From Kineococcus radiotolerans SRS30216 = ATCC BAA-149 (GTDB lineage Bacteria > Actinomycetota > Actinomycetes > Actinomycetales > Kineococcaceae), in NCBI RefSeq assembly GCF_000017305.1, contig NC_009664.2:2730001-2762000 (forward strand): 32,000 bases of DNA. Reading direction: 5' to 3'. The notes under the pieces were generated by a model. That model did not search any database, had not been told where the DNA came from, and saw only the letters and a list, made by a program, of their open reading frames with translations. Positions within the stretch are counted from its first letter, which is position 1, and every line of letters begins with the position of its first letter. This document shows positions 1 through 8,394 of this stretch, one piece after another. Made by a program: the position numbers and the translations under genes.

Positions 1-433
1 TCTCCGCCAGCCCCACCCGTTCCAGCAGGGCGAGACCCTCGGCGCGGGCCTGCTCGCGCGGGCGGCCCTGGACGAGGACCGGCCCCTCGATGACGTTCTG
101 CAGGACGCTGAGGTGGGGGAAGAGGTTGTGGCTCTGGAAGACCATGCCGCTCTGGGCGCGCAGCCGGGTCGTGGCCCGCTGCAGCGCCCGCCCGCGCAGG
201 GCGGGGGAGAACTCCACGCTCACGTCCCCGATGCGGACGGTGCCCGCGTCGGGGACCTCCAGGGCGTTGAGCGAGCGCAGCACCGTCGTCTTGCCGGAAC
301 CGGAGGGGCCGATGAGGACGGTCACCGACCCCGGCGCGGCGGTGGCGTCGATCCCGCGCAGGACCTGGTGGTCGCCGAAGGACTTCCGCAGCCCGCGGAC
401 CTCCAGCAGCGGTTCGCTCACGTCGGGGTTCAC
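1..433 (-). CDS. Polar amino-acid ABC transporter ATP-binding protein (GlnQ/HisP type); C-terminal part lies outside the window
   Basis: The frame is open to the left edge. The minus-strand translation reads (VNPD)VSEPLLEVRGLRKSFGDHQVLRGIDATAAPGSVTVLIGPSGSGKTTVLRSLNALE...GMVFQSHNLFPHLSVLQNVIEGP, which has a Walker A motif (GPSGSGKT) and a typical amino-acid ABC ATPase N-terminus. The start is ambiguous: GTG at 421, GTG at 433 (AGGAAG 6 nt upstream) or GTG at 469, which overlaps the permease stop as GTGA. Confidence 0.9.
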   Translation of the reverse strand, partial: MNPDVSEPLLEVRGLRKSFGDHQVLRGIDATAAPGSVTVLIGPSGSGKTTVLRSLNALEVPDAGTVRIGDVSVEFSPALRGRALQRATTRLRAQSGMVFQSHNLFPHLSVLQNVIEGPVLVQGRPREQARAEGLALLERVGLAE

Positions 434-465
434 CTCGCCCTTCCTCAGGCCGTCCACCGGGCCGT

Positions 466-1134
466 TCACCGGGCCACGTGGCGGTTCAGGCGCGTCTCCA
501 CGCGGGTCTGGCCGAAGGACAGGACCAGGCAGACGATCCAGTAGTAGACCGCGGCCAGGCTGTAGAGGGCGAAGAACTCGTAGGTGGGGGCCGCGATCTC
601 GGAGGCCTTGCGCAGCAGTTCGACCACCTGGATGCTCGACGCCAGCGAGGTGTCCTTGACCAGGGAGATGAGGGTGTTCGACAGCGGCGGCACCGCGACC
701 CGGGCCGCCTGCGGCAGCACGATGCGCCGCATCGTCGTCGGGTAGTTCATGCCGATGGTCAGCGCGGCCTCGGTCTGGCCCCGGGGGACCGAGAGGATCG
801 CGGCGCGGACGACCTCCGAGGCGTAGCCGCCGACGTTGAGGCTGAAGGCGACGACCGCGCTGGGGAACGGGTCCCACGTCGCCCCGAACTCGGGCAGCGC
901 GTAGTAGATGAGGAAGAGCTGCACCAGCAGCGGCGTCCCGCGGATGACCGAGACGTAGAACCGGGCGATCCCCTGCAGGACGAGGACGCTGGAGAGCCGC
1001 ATGAGGGCGACGACCAGGGCGATGACCATCCCGATCGCGAAGCTGGCGATCGTCAGCGGGATGGTGCCCCGCACGAGTCCCGTCGCGAGCGGGACGAGGG
1101 AGTCCCTCACCAGGTCCAGGGTGCTCTGGTCCAC
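466..1134 (-). CDS. Polar amino-acid ABC transporter permease (His/Glu/Gln/Arg/opine family)
   Basis: 222-aa ORF with a GTG start. It is multi-pass hydrophobic and carries the EAA-loop-like region TEAALTIGMNYPTTMRRIVLPQA. It lies between the binding-protein and ATPase genes on the same strand. Confidence 0.9.
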   Translation of the reverse strand: MDQSTLDLVRDSLVPLATGLVRGTIPLTIASFAIGMVIALVVALMRLSSVLVLQGIARFYVSVIRGTPLLVQLFLIYYALPEFGATWDPFPSAVVAFSLNVGGYASEVVRAAILSVPRGQTEAALTIGMNYPTTMRRIVLPQAARVAVPPLSNTLISLVKDTSLASSIQVVELLRKASEIAAPTYEFFALYSLAAVYYWIVCLVLSFGQTRVETRLNRHVAR

Positions 1135-1166
1135 GTGCCGCCTCCCTCGTCCGCGTGCTCGTCAGG

Positions 1167-1973
1167 TCAGCCGGCGGCCGGGCCCGAGACGTCCTGGCCG
1201 AACCACTTCTGCGAGATCTCGGCCAGCGTGCCGTCGGCCTTCAGCTTCGCCAGCGCGTCGCTGACCTGCTGGGCAGTCTCGGCCTCGTCCTTGCGGAAGA
1301 CGAAGCCCTGCTCGGTCCGGTCGTCGGTCTCGGCGGCGATCTTGACGCCGGTGTCGCCGGAGGTCTTGAGGTAGTCCAGCACGGCGAGCTGGTCGTTGAC
1401 CGTCACGTCGACGCGGCCCTGCTTGAGCAGGGTCATCGCCTGGGTGAGCCCCTCGACGGCCTCGACCTTCGCGCCCGCCTCCGTCGCGGTCTGGGCCCAG
1501 TTGCTCGTCGTGGACTGCGCGGAGGTCTTGCCCGCGATGTCGGCCAGCGAGGTCACCGAGGTGTCGTCGGCGCGGGTCACGACGACGCCGGTGGAGACGG
1601 TGTACGGGGCGGAGAAGACGTACTTGGCCTCGCGCTCGGCGGTGATGGACACCTGGTTGGCGATGCCGTCGTAGCGCTTGGCCTCCATCCCGGCGAAGAG
1701 GGAGTCCCAGTTGTTCTCGGAGAACTCCACGTCGCGGCCGAGCTGCTCGCCCACGGCCTTGGCGACGTCGATGTCGTAGCCGACGAGGTCGTTGGTCTTC
1801 TCGTCGTGGTAGCTGAAGGGGGCGTAGGTGCCCTCGGTGCCGAACGTCAGCGCCTCCTGCGAGGAGCCGGAGGAGCTCCCGCTGCCGCTGGTGCTGGTGT
1901 CGCCACCGCCGCAGGCGGCCAGGAGGCCGGTGAGGGCGAGGGCGCTGAGGGTGCCGAGGGTCCTGCGACGCAT
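1167..1973 (-). CDS. Amino-acid ABC transporter substrate-binding lipoprotein
   Basis: The track ORF is 1167..2048. The internal ATG at 1973 gives MRRRTLGTLSALALTGLLAACGGG, a lipoprotein signal with lipobox LAAC, and GGGAGGA lies 10 nt upstream. The body has family-3 binding-protein character (GYDIDVAKAV, YDGIANQVSIT). Confidence 0.85.
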   Translation of the reverse strand: MRRRTLGTLSALALTGLLAACGGGDTSTSGSGSSSGSSQEALTFGTEGTYAPFSYHDEKTNDLVGYDIDVAKAVGEQLGRDVEFSENNWDSLFAGMEAKRYDGIANQVSITAEREAKYVFSAPYTVSTGVVVTRADDTSVTSLADIAGKTSAQSTTSNWAQTATEAGAKVEAVEGLTQAMTLLKQGRVDVTVNDQLAVLDYLKTSGDTGVKIAAETDDRTEQGFVFRKDEAETAQQVSDALAKLKADGTLAEISQKWFGQDVSGPAAG

Positions 1974-1996
1974 GAGTGGGGTGTCCTCCCGTGGGT

Positions 1997-2017
1997 GGGC
2001 GCCCACCGTGGGCGCCC
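1997..2017 (-). promoter_or_regulatory. GC hairpin formed by two copies of the palindromic octamer GGGCGCCC, just 5' of the binding-protein RBS
   Basis: GGGCGCCC occurs at 1997-2004 and 2010-2017, giving an 8-bp stem with a 5-nt loop. A third copy is at 2053-2060. It could be a lacI-family gene terminator, a 5'-UTR structure or a protein-binding site; the function is unknown. Confidence 0.3.
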
Positions 2018-2093
2018 GTCCTTGCAGCGACAACCTAGGGCAGGGCATTCCCGGGCGCCCCCCCGCACGGACCAGCCGTGCTCGGGCGGCGGC

Positions 2094-3095
2094 TCAGGCG
2101 GGGACGCTGGACTGCCGCACCACCAGCCGGGTGGGCATCGTCGTCGTGCCGGGGGAGGGGTGACCGGCGACGGCGCCCAGCAGCAGCTCCCCCGCGCGCC
2201 GGCCCAGCGCCTCCAGGCCCAGGTTCACCGTGGTCAGCGGGGGGCGGGAGGCCAGGGCGATGACGTCCCAGTCGTCGAAGCCGACGACGGCGACGTCCTC
2301 GGGGACCCGGCGCCCGGCGTCGCGCAGGCCGTCGCAGATCCCGCGGGCGATCTGGTCGCTGCCGCAGGTCACGGCGTCGAGGTCGGGGTGGCGGCGCAGC
2401 AGCAGGTCCGCGGCGAGCCGGCCCCAGCGCTCGCTCCAGTCCCCGTGCAGGCTCGGGCCGACCAGCGCGTCGCCGGCGGCGGCCTCGGCGGCGGCGCGGC
2501 GCACCTGGGCGGCGTGGTGGTCCTCGGGGCCGGTGACGTGGGCGACCCGGCGGCGGCCGAGGTCGAGGACGTGGGCGACGGCGGCGGTCGCCCCGCCGGC
2601 CTGGTCGATGGTCAGCGAGGTGTCGGCGGGGTCCTGGGAGGGGGTGAAGGCGTGGACGACGGGGACGTGGTCGGGGATGGCGATGGGCGGGCGGGACTCG
2701 GTGCGCCGGCCGGTGACGATGATCCCGTCGACGCGGCGGGCGAGCAGGGTGCGCAGGTAGTGCTGCTCGCGCAGCGGGTCGTCGCGGCTGTCGCAGAGCA
2801 GGACGCTCATCTCGCCCGCCCCCAGCGCGTTCTCGGCGCCGAGGAGGATGGGGATGGAGAACCGGCCGAAGCTGTCGGTGGTGATGAGCCCCACGGTGTA
2901 GCTGCGCCCGGAGGAGAGCCCGCGCCCGATGGGGTCGGGGGTGAAGCCGAGCTGCTCGGCCGCCCGGCGCACCCGCTCGCGGGTCTCGGCCCGCAGCTGG
3001 CCGGTGCCGTTGAGCGCCTTGGACGCGGTGCCCGCGGAGACCCCGGCCAGCGCGGCGACGTCGACGATCCGCGCCGGAACAACGCTTTCCGTCAT
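2094..3095 (-). CDS. LacI-family transcriptional regulator
   Basis: 333 aa. The N-terminal HTH is IVDVAALAGVSAGTASKALNG...RERVRRAAEQLGFTP. A periplasmic-binding-protein-like sugar-sensor core follows (VDGIIVTG, VAHVTGP, VVGFDD). It is divergent from the GH127 operon. Confidence 0.9.
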   Translation of the reverse strand: MTESVVPARIVDVAALAGVSAGTASKALNGTGQLRAETRERVRRAAEQLGFTPDPIGRGLSSGRSYTVGLITTDSFGRFSIPILLGAENALGAGEMSVLLCDSRDDPLREQHYLRTLLARRVDGIIVTGRRTESRPPIAIPDHVPVVHAFTPSQDPADTSLTIDQAGGATAAVAHVLDLGRRRVAHVTGPEDHHAAQVRRAAAEAAAGDALVGPSLHGDWSERWGRLAADLLLRRHPDLDAVTCGSDQIARGICDGLRDAGRRVPEDVAVVGFDDWDVIALASRPPLTTVNLGLEALGRRAGELLLGAVAGHPSPGTTTMPTRLVVRQSSVPA

Positions 3096-3139
3096 GTCGG
3101 TGCCTCCGATCCCTGTGGGTCGCAGCAGACTACCGCTGC

Positions 3140-3168
3140 TTGACGGGGGCGGGGGGCCGCTCTACCGT
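3140..3168 (+). promoter_or_regulatory. Candidate promoter of the GH127 operon (TTGACG-N17-TACCGT)
   Basis: TTGACG lies at 3140-3145 and TACCGT (fits TANNNT) at 3163-3168, separated by exactly 17 nt, 54 nt upstream of the GH127 ATG. This is a pattern match only. Confidence 0.3.
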
Positions 3169-3174
3169 CGTCGC

Positions 3175-3188
3175 AGAAAACGTGTTCC
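3175..3188. promoter_or_regulatory. Candidate LacI-type operator (imperfect CG-centred palindrome AGAAAACGTGTTCC)
   Basis: 5 of 7 arm pairs are complementary around a central CG. It lies immediately downstream of the candidate -10 box and is followed by the small hairpin CCGGA-CTT-TCCGG (3187-3199). Confidence 0.25.
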
Positions 3189-3221
3189 GGACTTTCCGGC
3201 CGCCGACTCGATGGAGAGCTG

Positions 3222-5180
3222 ATGACCAGCACGACCGCTGGGCCCGACCTGACCGTCGCCACCACCGCCAACGCCCCCGCCGCCCCCACCGCCGCGGCGG
3301 CCGTCGCGCTGCACCCCGTCCCCCTCGGCGCCTCCCGCATCCGCGGCGGGTTCTGGTTCGAGCGGCAGGAGGCCAACCGGCGCCAGGCCATCCGCACCGG
3401 CTACGAGAAGCTCGAGACCTCCGGCAACCTGCGCAACCTCCGCATCGCCGCGGGGACGGAGCAGGGCGAGGCCAAGGGCCCGATCTTCATGGACTCCGAC
3501 GTCTACAAGTGGCTCGAGGCCGCCGGCTGGGAGTACGGCCGCGAGGCCGACGAGGAGGTCCTCGGCTGGATCCGCGAGGTCACCGCCGTCGTCGCGGCCG
3601 CGCAGGCCGAGGACGGCTACCTCGACTCCGTCCAGCAGGTCCGCGGGAAGGGCGAGCGCTACGTCGACCTGCCCTGGAGCCACGAGCACTACTGCGCCGG
3701 GCACCTCTTCCAGGCCGCCGTCGCCGTCCACCGCAGCACCGGCGAGACCGGCCTGCTCGACGTCGCCGTGAAGCTCGCCGACCACCTCGTCGCCACCTTC
3801 GGCCCGGGGAAGGTCGAGGAGGTCGACGGGCACCCCGTCGTCGAGATGGGCCTGGTGGAGCTCTACCGCGAGACCGGGACGCAGGCCTACCTCGACCTCG
3901 CCCGCTGGTTCGTCGACGCCCGCGGCACCGGGATCATCGAGCGCCTGCACGGCAAGGAGCCCACCTACTTCTCCGACCGCGTCCCCGTCCGCGAGCAGAC
4001 CTCCCCCGAGGGCCACTCCGTGCGCGCGGTCTACCTCACCGCCGGGGCCGCCGACGTCGCCGCCGAGACCGCCGACGGCGACCTGCTGGCCGCCCTGACG
4101 CGGCAGTGGGAGGGGATGCTCGCCTCCAAGACCTACGTCACCGGCGGCATCGGCGCCCGCTGGGACTGGGAGCAGTTCGGCGACCACTACGAGCTCGGCC
4201 CCGAGCGCGCCTACGCCGAGACCTGCGCGGCCATCGGCAGCGTCCAGTGGACCTGGCGGATGCTGCTCGCCACCGGCGAGGCCCGCTACGCCGACCTCGT
4301 CGAGCGCACCCTCTACAACGCGTTCCTGCCCGGGGTCTCCCTGGCCGGCACCGAGTACTTCTACGTCAACGCCCTCCAGCTGCGCCACGGCGCGTTCGCC
4401 GAGGAGGAGCGCAGCGTCGCCCACGGCCGCCGGCCCTGGTTCGACTGCGCCTGCTGCCCGCCCAACATCATGCGGACCCTCTCCAGCCTCGACGCCTACG
4501 TCGCCACCAGCTCGGCGACCGACGGGGTGGCGGGCGTGCAGGTCCACCAGTTCACGACCGGCACGATCGAGGCCGCCGGGGCGGCGCTGTCGGTGACCAC
4601 CGACTACCCCTGGGACGGGACCGTCCGCGTCGAGGTCACCGCGACCCCGGGCGAGTTCGAGCTCGCCCTGCGCGTCCCGGCCTGGGCGCAGGGCGCCACC
4701 GCGACGGTGGACGGCGAGGCCGTCGCGGTCACCCCGGGGGAGTACCTGCGGGTCCGGCGCGACTTCGCCGTCGGCGACGTGGTGGAACTCGTCCTGCCGA
4801 TGACCGTCCGCGTCGTCGAGGCCGACCCGCGCGTCGACGCCGTCCGCGGCTGCGTCGTCGTCGAGCGCGGCCCCCTGGTCTACGCGGTCGAGCAGACCGA
4901 CCTGCCCGCCGGCCTGCCCGCCGACGACGTGCGGGTCCGGGTCGCGGAGCTGCGCGGGGCGCGGGCCGAGCACCGTCCCGACCTGCTCGGCGGGGTGACC
5001 GTGCTCCAGCTGCCGGTCCACGCCGCGCTCGCGGCCGCCACCGGCCCGCTGTACCGCCCCGCCGGGGACGACCCCGCCCCCGAGGCCGCCGAGGAGACCA
5101 CCGTCGTCCCCGCCGTCCCCTACTACGCGTGGGCGAACCGGGACCTGGGGGCCATGCGGATCTGGCTCCCCCGGGCCTGA
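3222..5180 (+). CDS. Glycoside hydrolase family 127 beta-L-arabinofuranosidase (HypBA1-like, DUF1680), cytoplasmic
   Basis: 652 aa. It contains FMDSDVYKWLEA, HEHYCAGHL, EGHSVRAVYL, AETCAAIG (Glu codon at 4218, Cys codon at 4224) and WFDCACCPPN (Cys codons at 4446, 4452 and 4455). These match the Glu-Cys3 Zn site and Cys nucleophile region of GH127. There is no signal peptide. Confidence 0.9.
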   Translation: MTSTTAGPDLTVATTANAPAAPTAAAAVALHPVPLGASRIRGGFWFERQEANRRQAIRTGYEKLETSGNLRNLRIAAGTEQGEAKGPIFMDSDVYKWLEAAGWEYGREADEEVLGWIREVTAVVAAAQAEDGYLDSVQQVRGKGERYVDLPWSHEHYCAGHLFQAAVAVHRSTGETGLLDVAVKLADHLVATFGPGKVEEVDGHPVVEMGLVELYRETGTQAYLDLARWFVDARGTGIIERLHGKEPTYFSDRVPVREQTSPEGHSVRAVYLTAGAADVAAETADGDLLAALTRQWEGMLASKTYVTGGIGARWDWEQFGDHYELGPERAYAETCAAIGSVQWTWRMLLATGEARYADLVERTLYNAFLPGVSLAGTEYFYVNALQLRHGAFAEEERSVAHGRRPWFDCACCPPNIMRTLSSLDAYVATSSATDGVAGVQVHQFTTGTIEAAGAALSVTTDYPWDGTVRVEVTATPGEFELALRVPAWAQGATATVDGEAVAVTPGEYLRVRRDFAVGDVVELVLPMTVRVVEADPRVDAVRGCVVVERGPLVYAVEQTDLPAGLPADDVRVRVAELRGARAEHRPDLLGGVTVLQLPVHAALAAATGPLYRPAGDDPAPEAAEETTVVPAVPYYAWANRDLGAMRIWLPRA

Positions 5181-5224
5181 CGGAACCCCGGCGGAGAGCC
5201 CGGAAGAACCCTGGAGGAGTGGCG

Positions 5225-6550
5225 ATGGAGCTTCACCGCAGGAACGTGCTGGGCCTGGGCGGACTCGCCGCCCTGGCCACGGCGCTGACCCCCGCGCTGT
5301 CGGGGTGCTCGTCCACCCTCCCCGAGGCCGACGTCACCGCGGCCGGTTTCGGGGAGGACGCGACCGGGACCGTCCGGTTGTGGTGCCGGGCGGCGACGGT
5401 CGTGGGCGTCCGGCAGGTCGTCGACGCGTTCAACGCCTCCCAGGACGAGGTGACCGTCGAGGTCACCCCCGTCCTGGACGGGCAGTACGTCACCAAGCTC
5501 GCCACGGCCATCCGCGGCGGGAACGTGCCGGACATCGTCGACATCGACGACATCAACTCGATGCTGTTCATCTACCGCGACTCCTTCACCGACCTCACGC
5601 CGCTGGTGGAGCAGCTCGACTTCGCCGACCGGCTCAACCCCGGTCAGCTCGGGCTGGCCACCCGCGACGGACGGAACTACGGCGTCCCCTACATCGCCGA
5701 CAACTCGGCGCTGTTCTACAACACCGAGCTGTTCGAGCGGGCCGGGCTCGACCCGGTCGAGCACACCCGGGACCTGCCCGGGATGCTCGAGGCCGCCCGG
5801 GCGATCGGCGCCCTCGGCGACGGGACGTACGGGTGGTCGATCGACGGCAACGCCGCCGGCATCCTCGGGTTCGTCGTGCAGCCGCACATCTGGGCCGCCG
5901 ACGCCCCCAACGTCGTCGGCGAGGTGGGGGAGCAGCGGGGGTCGATGGCCGACAACGACGCCGTCCGGCGCACCTTCGAGTTCTACCGGACGATGTGGGC
6001 GGAGAAGCTCCTGCCGCAGGCGAACTTCTCCGGGGACGGCGCGCGCTGGGGCGCGGACTTCCGCGACGGCACCGTCGGGATGTTCCCCTCGAACTTCTCC
6101 GTCGCGGTGCTCAACGCCTCGGAGGAGATGCAGGCCAAGACCGGGGTCGTGCTGCTGCCCGGCCCCGACGGCGGCCGGGCGACCTTCGCGGGCGGGGACA
6201 ACCTCTGCATCCCGCGCGGGGCCCCGAACGCGTCGGGGGCGTGGCGGTTCGCCCGGTTCGCCCTCGACCTGCCCCAGCAGCAGAACCTGCCCGCGGGCGG
6301 GTACATCCCGGTCCGATCCGACGCGGCGACCCCGGAGTACCGCGAGAAGTACCCGCTGGCCGTCGCCCCGCTGGACGGGATCGAGGGGGCCTACGCCCCC
6401 ACGACGCTCGCCTACAACCTGCTGTTCAACCAGCAGGACTCCCCGTGGATCGCCGCGTTCCGCCGCGCCGTCTTCGACGGCGACCTCGACGGAGCCCTGA
6501 CCCAGGGCCAGAAGGACTTCGACCGCATCCTGGAACAGGCGCAACTGTGA
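5225..6550 (+). CDS. Sugar ABC transporter substrate-binding lipoprotein (family 1)
   Basis: An in-frame ATG at 5225 with GGAGGAG upstream gives MELHRRNVLGLGGLAALATALTPALSGCSS (twin-Arg-like n-region, lipobox LSGC). The rest resembles a carbohydrate binding protein. Only the last 441 codons of track ORF 3140..6550 are credible. Confidence 0.9.
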   Translation: MELHRRNVLGLGGLAALATALTPALSGCSSTLPEADVTAAGFGEDATGTVRLWCRAATVVGVRQVVDAFNASQDEVTVEVTPVLDGQYVTKLATAIRGGNVPDIVDIDDINSMLFIYRDSFTDLTPLVEQLDFADRLNPGQLGLATRDGRNYGVPYIADNSALFYNTELFERAGLDPVEHTRDLPGMLEAARAIGALGDGTYGWSIDGNAAGILGFVVQPHIWAADAPNVVGEVGEQRGSMADNDAVRRTFEFYRTMWAEKLLPQANFSGDGARWGADFRDGTVGMFPSNFSVAVLNASEEMQAKTGVVLLPGPDGGRATFAGGDNLCIPRGAPNASGAWRFARFALDLPQQQNLPAGGYIPVRSDAATPEYREKYPLAVAPLDGIEGAYAPTTLAYNLLFNQQDSPWIAAFRRAVFDGDLDGALTQGQKDFDRILEQAQL

Positions 6551-7467
6551 CCACACTCACGAGAACGGGCTCCGCACCCGAGCTGAACCACCGTCCGGAG
6601 TCCCTCACCCACCCCGCCCGCACGGGGTTCCTGCTGACCCTGCCGGCCCTGGTCTTCGTGGCCGTGTTCGTCCTGGTGCCCCTGGCGTTCGCGGTCTACA
6701 TGTCGCTGACGAACTGGCCGCTCATCGGCTCCTACGAGTTCATCGGGCTCGGCAACTACGCCGCCGTGGCGAGCGACCCGGTGTTCTGGAAGTCCGTGGG
6801 CTACACGGTCCTCTACACCGCGATCGTCACCCTGCCGATCCTCGTCCTCGGGTACGTGCTGGCCGTGGTGGTCCGCAGCAACCGCCGCTTCGCGACGGTG
6901 TTCCGGACGATCTTCTTCCTGCCCTACGTCATCGGCCTGACCACGCTCAGCTTCATCGTGGTGCTGGAGGCGCAACCGAGCTCGGGGGCGGTCAACATCG
7001 TCCTGCGGGCGCTGGGGATCACCGACGGCACCACCGCCTGGCTGGCCGACGGGCCGCTGGCCACCGGCCTCATCTGCGTGATGATCGTCTGGGCCGTGTC
7101 GGGCCTGACGATGGTCCTGCTCATGGGCGGCATGCAGGGCATCCCGCGCGACGTCTACGAGTCGGCGGAGATGGACGGCGCGGGCTGGTGGCAGCGCGAG
7201 CGCAGCATCACGCTGCCGATGCTGCGGAAGACCATCGCGATGAGCCTGGTCATCTCCGTCATCGGCTCGCTGCTCGCCTTCACCCAGTTCTACGTCCTCA
7301 CCCGCGGCGGTCCCGGCACCGACACCCAGACCGTCGTCATGTACGTCTACCAGCGCGGTTTCGTCCAGCTGCAGCTCGGCGCGGCCTCGGCGCTGTCGAT
7401 CGTCCTGGTGGTGGTCATCGGCCTGGTGACCGCGGCCCAGTTCCGGCTGCTGCGCGAGAAGGAGTGA
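6547..7467 (+). CDS. Sugar ABC transporter permease (MalF/CUT1-type)
   Basis: The GTG at 6547 overlaps the upstream stop (GTGA). The protein has six hydrophobic segments and the EAA motif region ESAEMDGAGWWQRERSITLPMLRKT. Confidence 0.9.
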   Translation: MTTLTRTGSAPELNHRPESLTHPARTGFLLTLPALVFVAVFVLVPLAFAVYMSLTNWPLIGSYEFIGLGNYAAVASDPVFWKSVGYTVLYTAIVTLPILVLGYVLAVVVRSNRRFATVFRTIFFLPYVIGLTTLSFIVVLEAQPSSGAVNIVLRALGITDGTTAWLADGPLATGLICVMIVWAVSGLTMVLLMGGMQGIPRDVYESAEMDGAGWWQRERSITLPMLRKTIAMSLVISVIGSLLAFTQFYVLTRGGPGTDTQTVVMYVYQRGFVQLQLGAASALSIVLVVVIGLVTAAQFRLLREKE

Positions 7468-7469
7468 CC

Positions 7470-8390
7470 ATGGCCACGATGACGAAGCCGACGACCGCGC
7501 CCACCGACGGGCTCCGGGTGAACCGCCACCGCAGCGAGGCGGACGGGCGGGCGGAGAGCCGCACCAAGCTCACGCTGTACTGGCTGGGCGGGACGCTGGC
7601 GGCGCTGGTCTTCCTCGTGCCCCTGGTCTGGTCGGTCCTGCGCTCCTTCCAGAGCAACGACGCGATCGTCTCCACCACCCCGACGCTGTCGCAGCTGACG
7701 GCGTTCACGACGGAGAACTTCCGCACCCTGTTCACCGGCGACGCCGACATCGTCCGCGCCGTCGGCAACAGCCTCGTCGTGGCGATCGGCACCGCGGTCC
7801 TCACCGCGGTCGTGGCGACCCTGGCCGGGTACGGCTTCGGGCGCTTCCGCTTCCGCGGGCGCAACGTCCTGTTCGGGGTGGTCGTGGTGACGATGATGGT
7901 GCCGTTCCAGGCCATCATCACCCCGCTCTACCTGCAGATGAACGCGATGGGGCTCACCGACTCCCGCCTCGGGCTGGTGCTGTTCTACTCCACGGTCAAC
8001 CTGCCGTTCGGGGTGTTCGTCATGCGCAACGCGTTCGAGACGATCCCCGCCGAGATCGAGGACTCCGCCCGCGTCGACGGCGCGGGCACGATGCGGGCGC
8101 TGGTCTCGGTGCTGCGCCCGATGCTGATCCCGGGGATGGCGACCAGCGCGCTGTACGCGTTCCTGGCCAGCTGGACGGAGTTCCTGGGGGCGCTGACCTT
8201 CCTCACCGACGACCGCAAGTACACGCTGCCGCTGTCGCTGGTGAACCTCCAGGCCGGGGCCTACGGCGCGGTGAACTTCGGTTACCTGGTGGCCGGCGCG
8301 GTGGTCGCGATGATCCCCTGCGTGATCCTCTACGTCGCGCTCCAGCGGTTCTACGTGGCGGGCCTGGCCTCGGGCGCGGTCAAGGGCTGA
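7470..8390 (+). CDS. Sugar ABC transporter permease (MalG/CUT1-type)
   Basis: The ATG at 7470 lies 2 nt after the upstream stop. The EAA motif region is DSARVDGAGTMRALVSVLRPMLIPG. No ATPase gene follows. Confidence 0.9.
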   Translation: MATMTKPTTAPTDGLRVNRHRSEADGRAESRTKLTLYWLGGTLAALVFLVPLVWSVLRSFQSNDAIVSTTPTLSQLTAFTTENFRTLFTGDADIVRAVGNSLVVAIGTAVLTAVVATLAGYGFGRFRFRGRNVLFGVVVVTMMVPFQAIITPLYLQMNAMGLTDSRLGLVLFYSTVNLPFGVFVMRNAFETIPAEIEDSARVDGAGTMRALVSVLRPMLIPGMATSALYAFLASWTEFLGALTFLTDDRKYTLPLSLVNLQAGAYGAVNFGYLVAGAVVAMIPCVILYVALQRFYVAGLASGAVKG

Positions 8391-8394
8391 CCCC

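Noticed and set aside
1155-3143. The 662-aa plus-strand ORF antisense to the binding-protein and LacI-family genes; similar cases include 3162..5021(-), 5123..6556(-), 8351..10294(-), 10237..11511(-), 12143..13759(-), 14654..16174(-), 17154..19067(-), 23495..24805(-), 25028..27655(+) and 27542..29647(-)
   Set aside because: All are antisense or off-frame to genes with clear family motifs. Their composition is dominated by Gly/Ala/Arg/Pro/Asp/Val, and I see no catalytic or structural motif. They are typical GC-driven shadow ORFs.
3140-5224. N-terminal ~695 codons of the 1136-aa track ORF 3140..6550
   Set aside because: The translation is almost pure Arg/Pro/Gly/Ala/Asp and runs in an alternative frame of the well-supported GH127 gene. 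Only the part from the ATG at 5225 (signal peptide plus binding-protein body) is credible.
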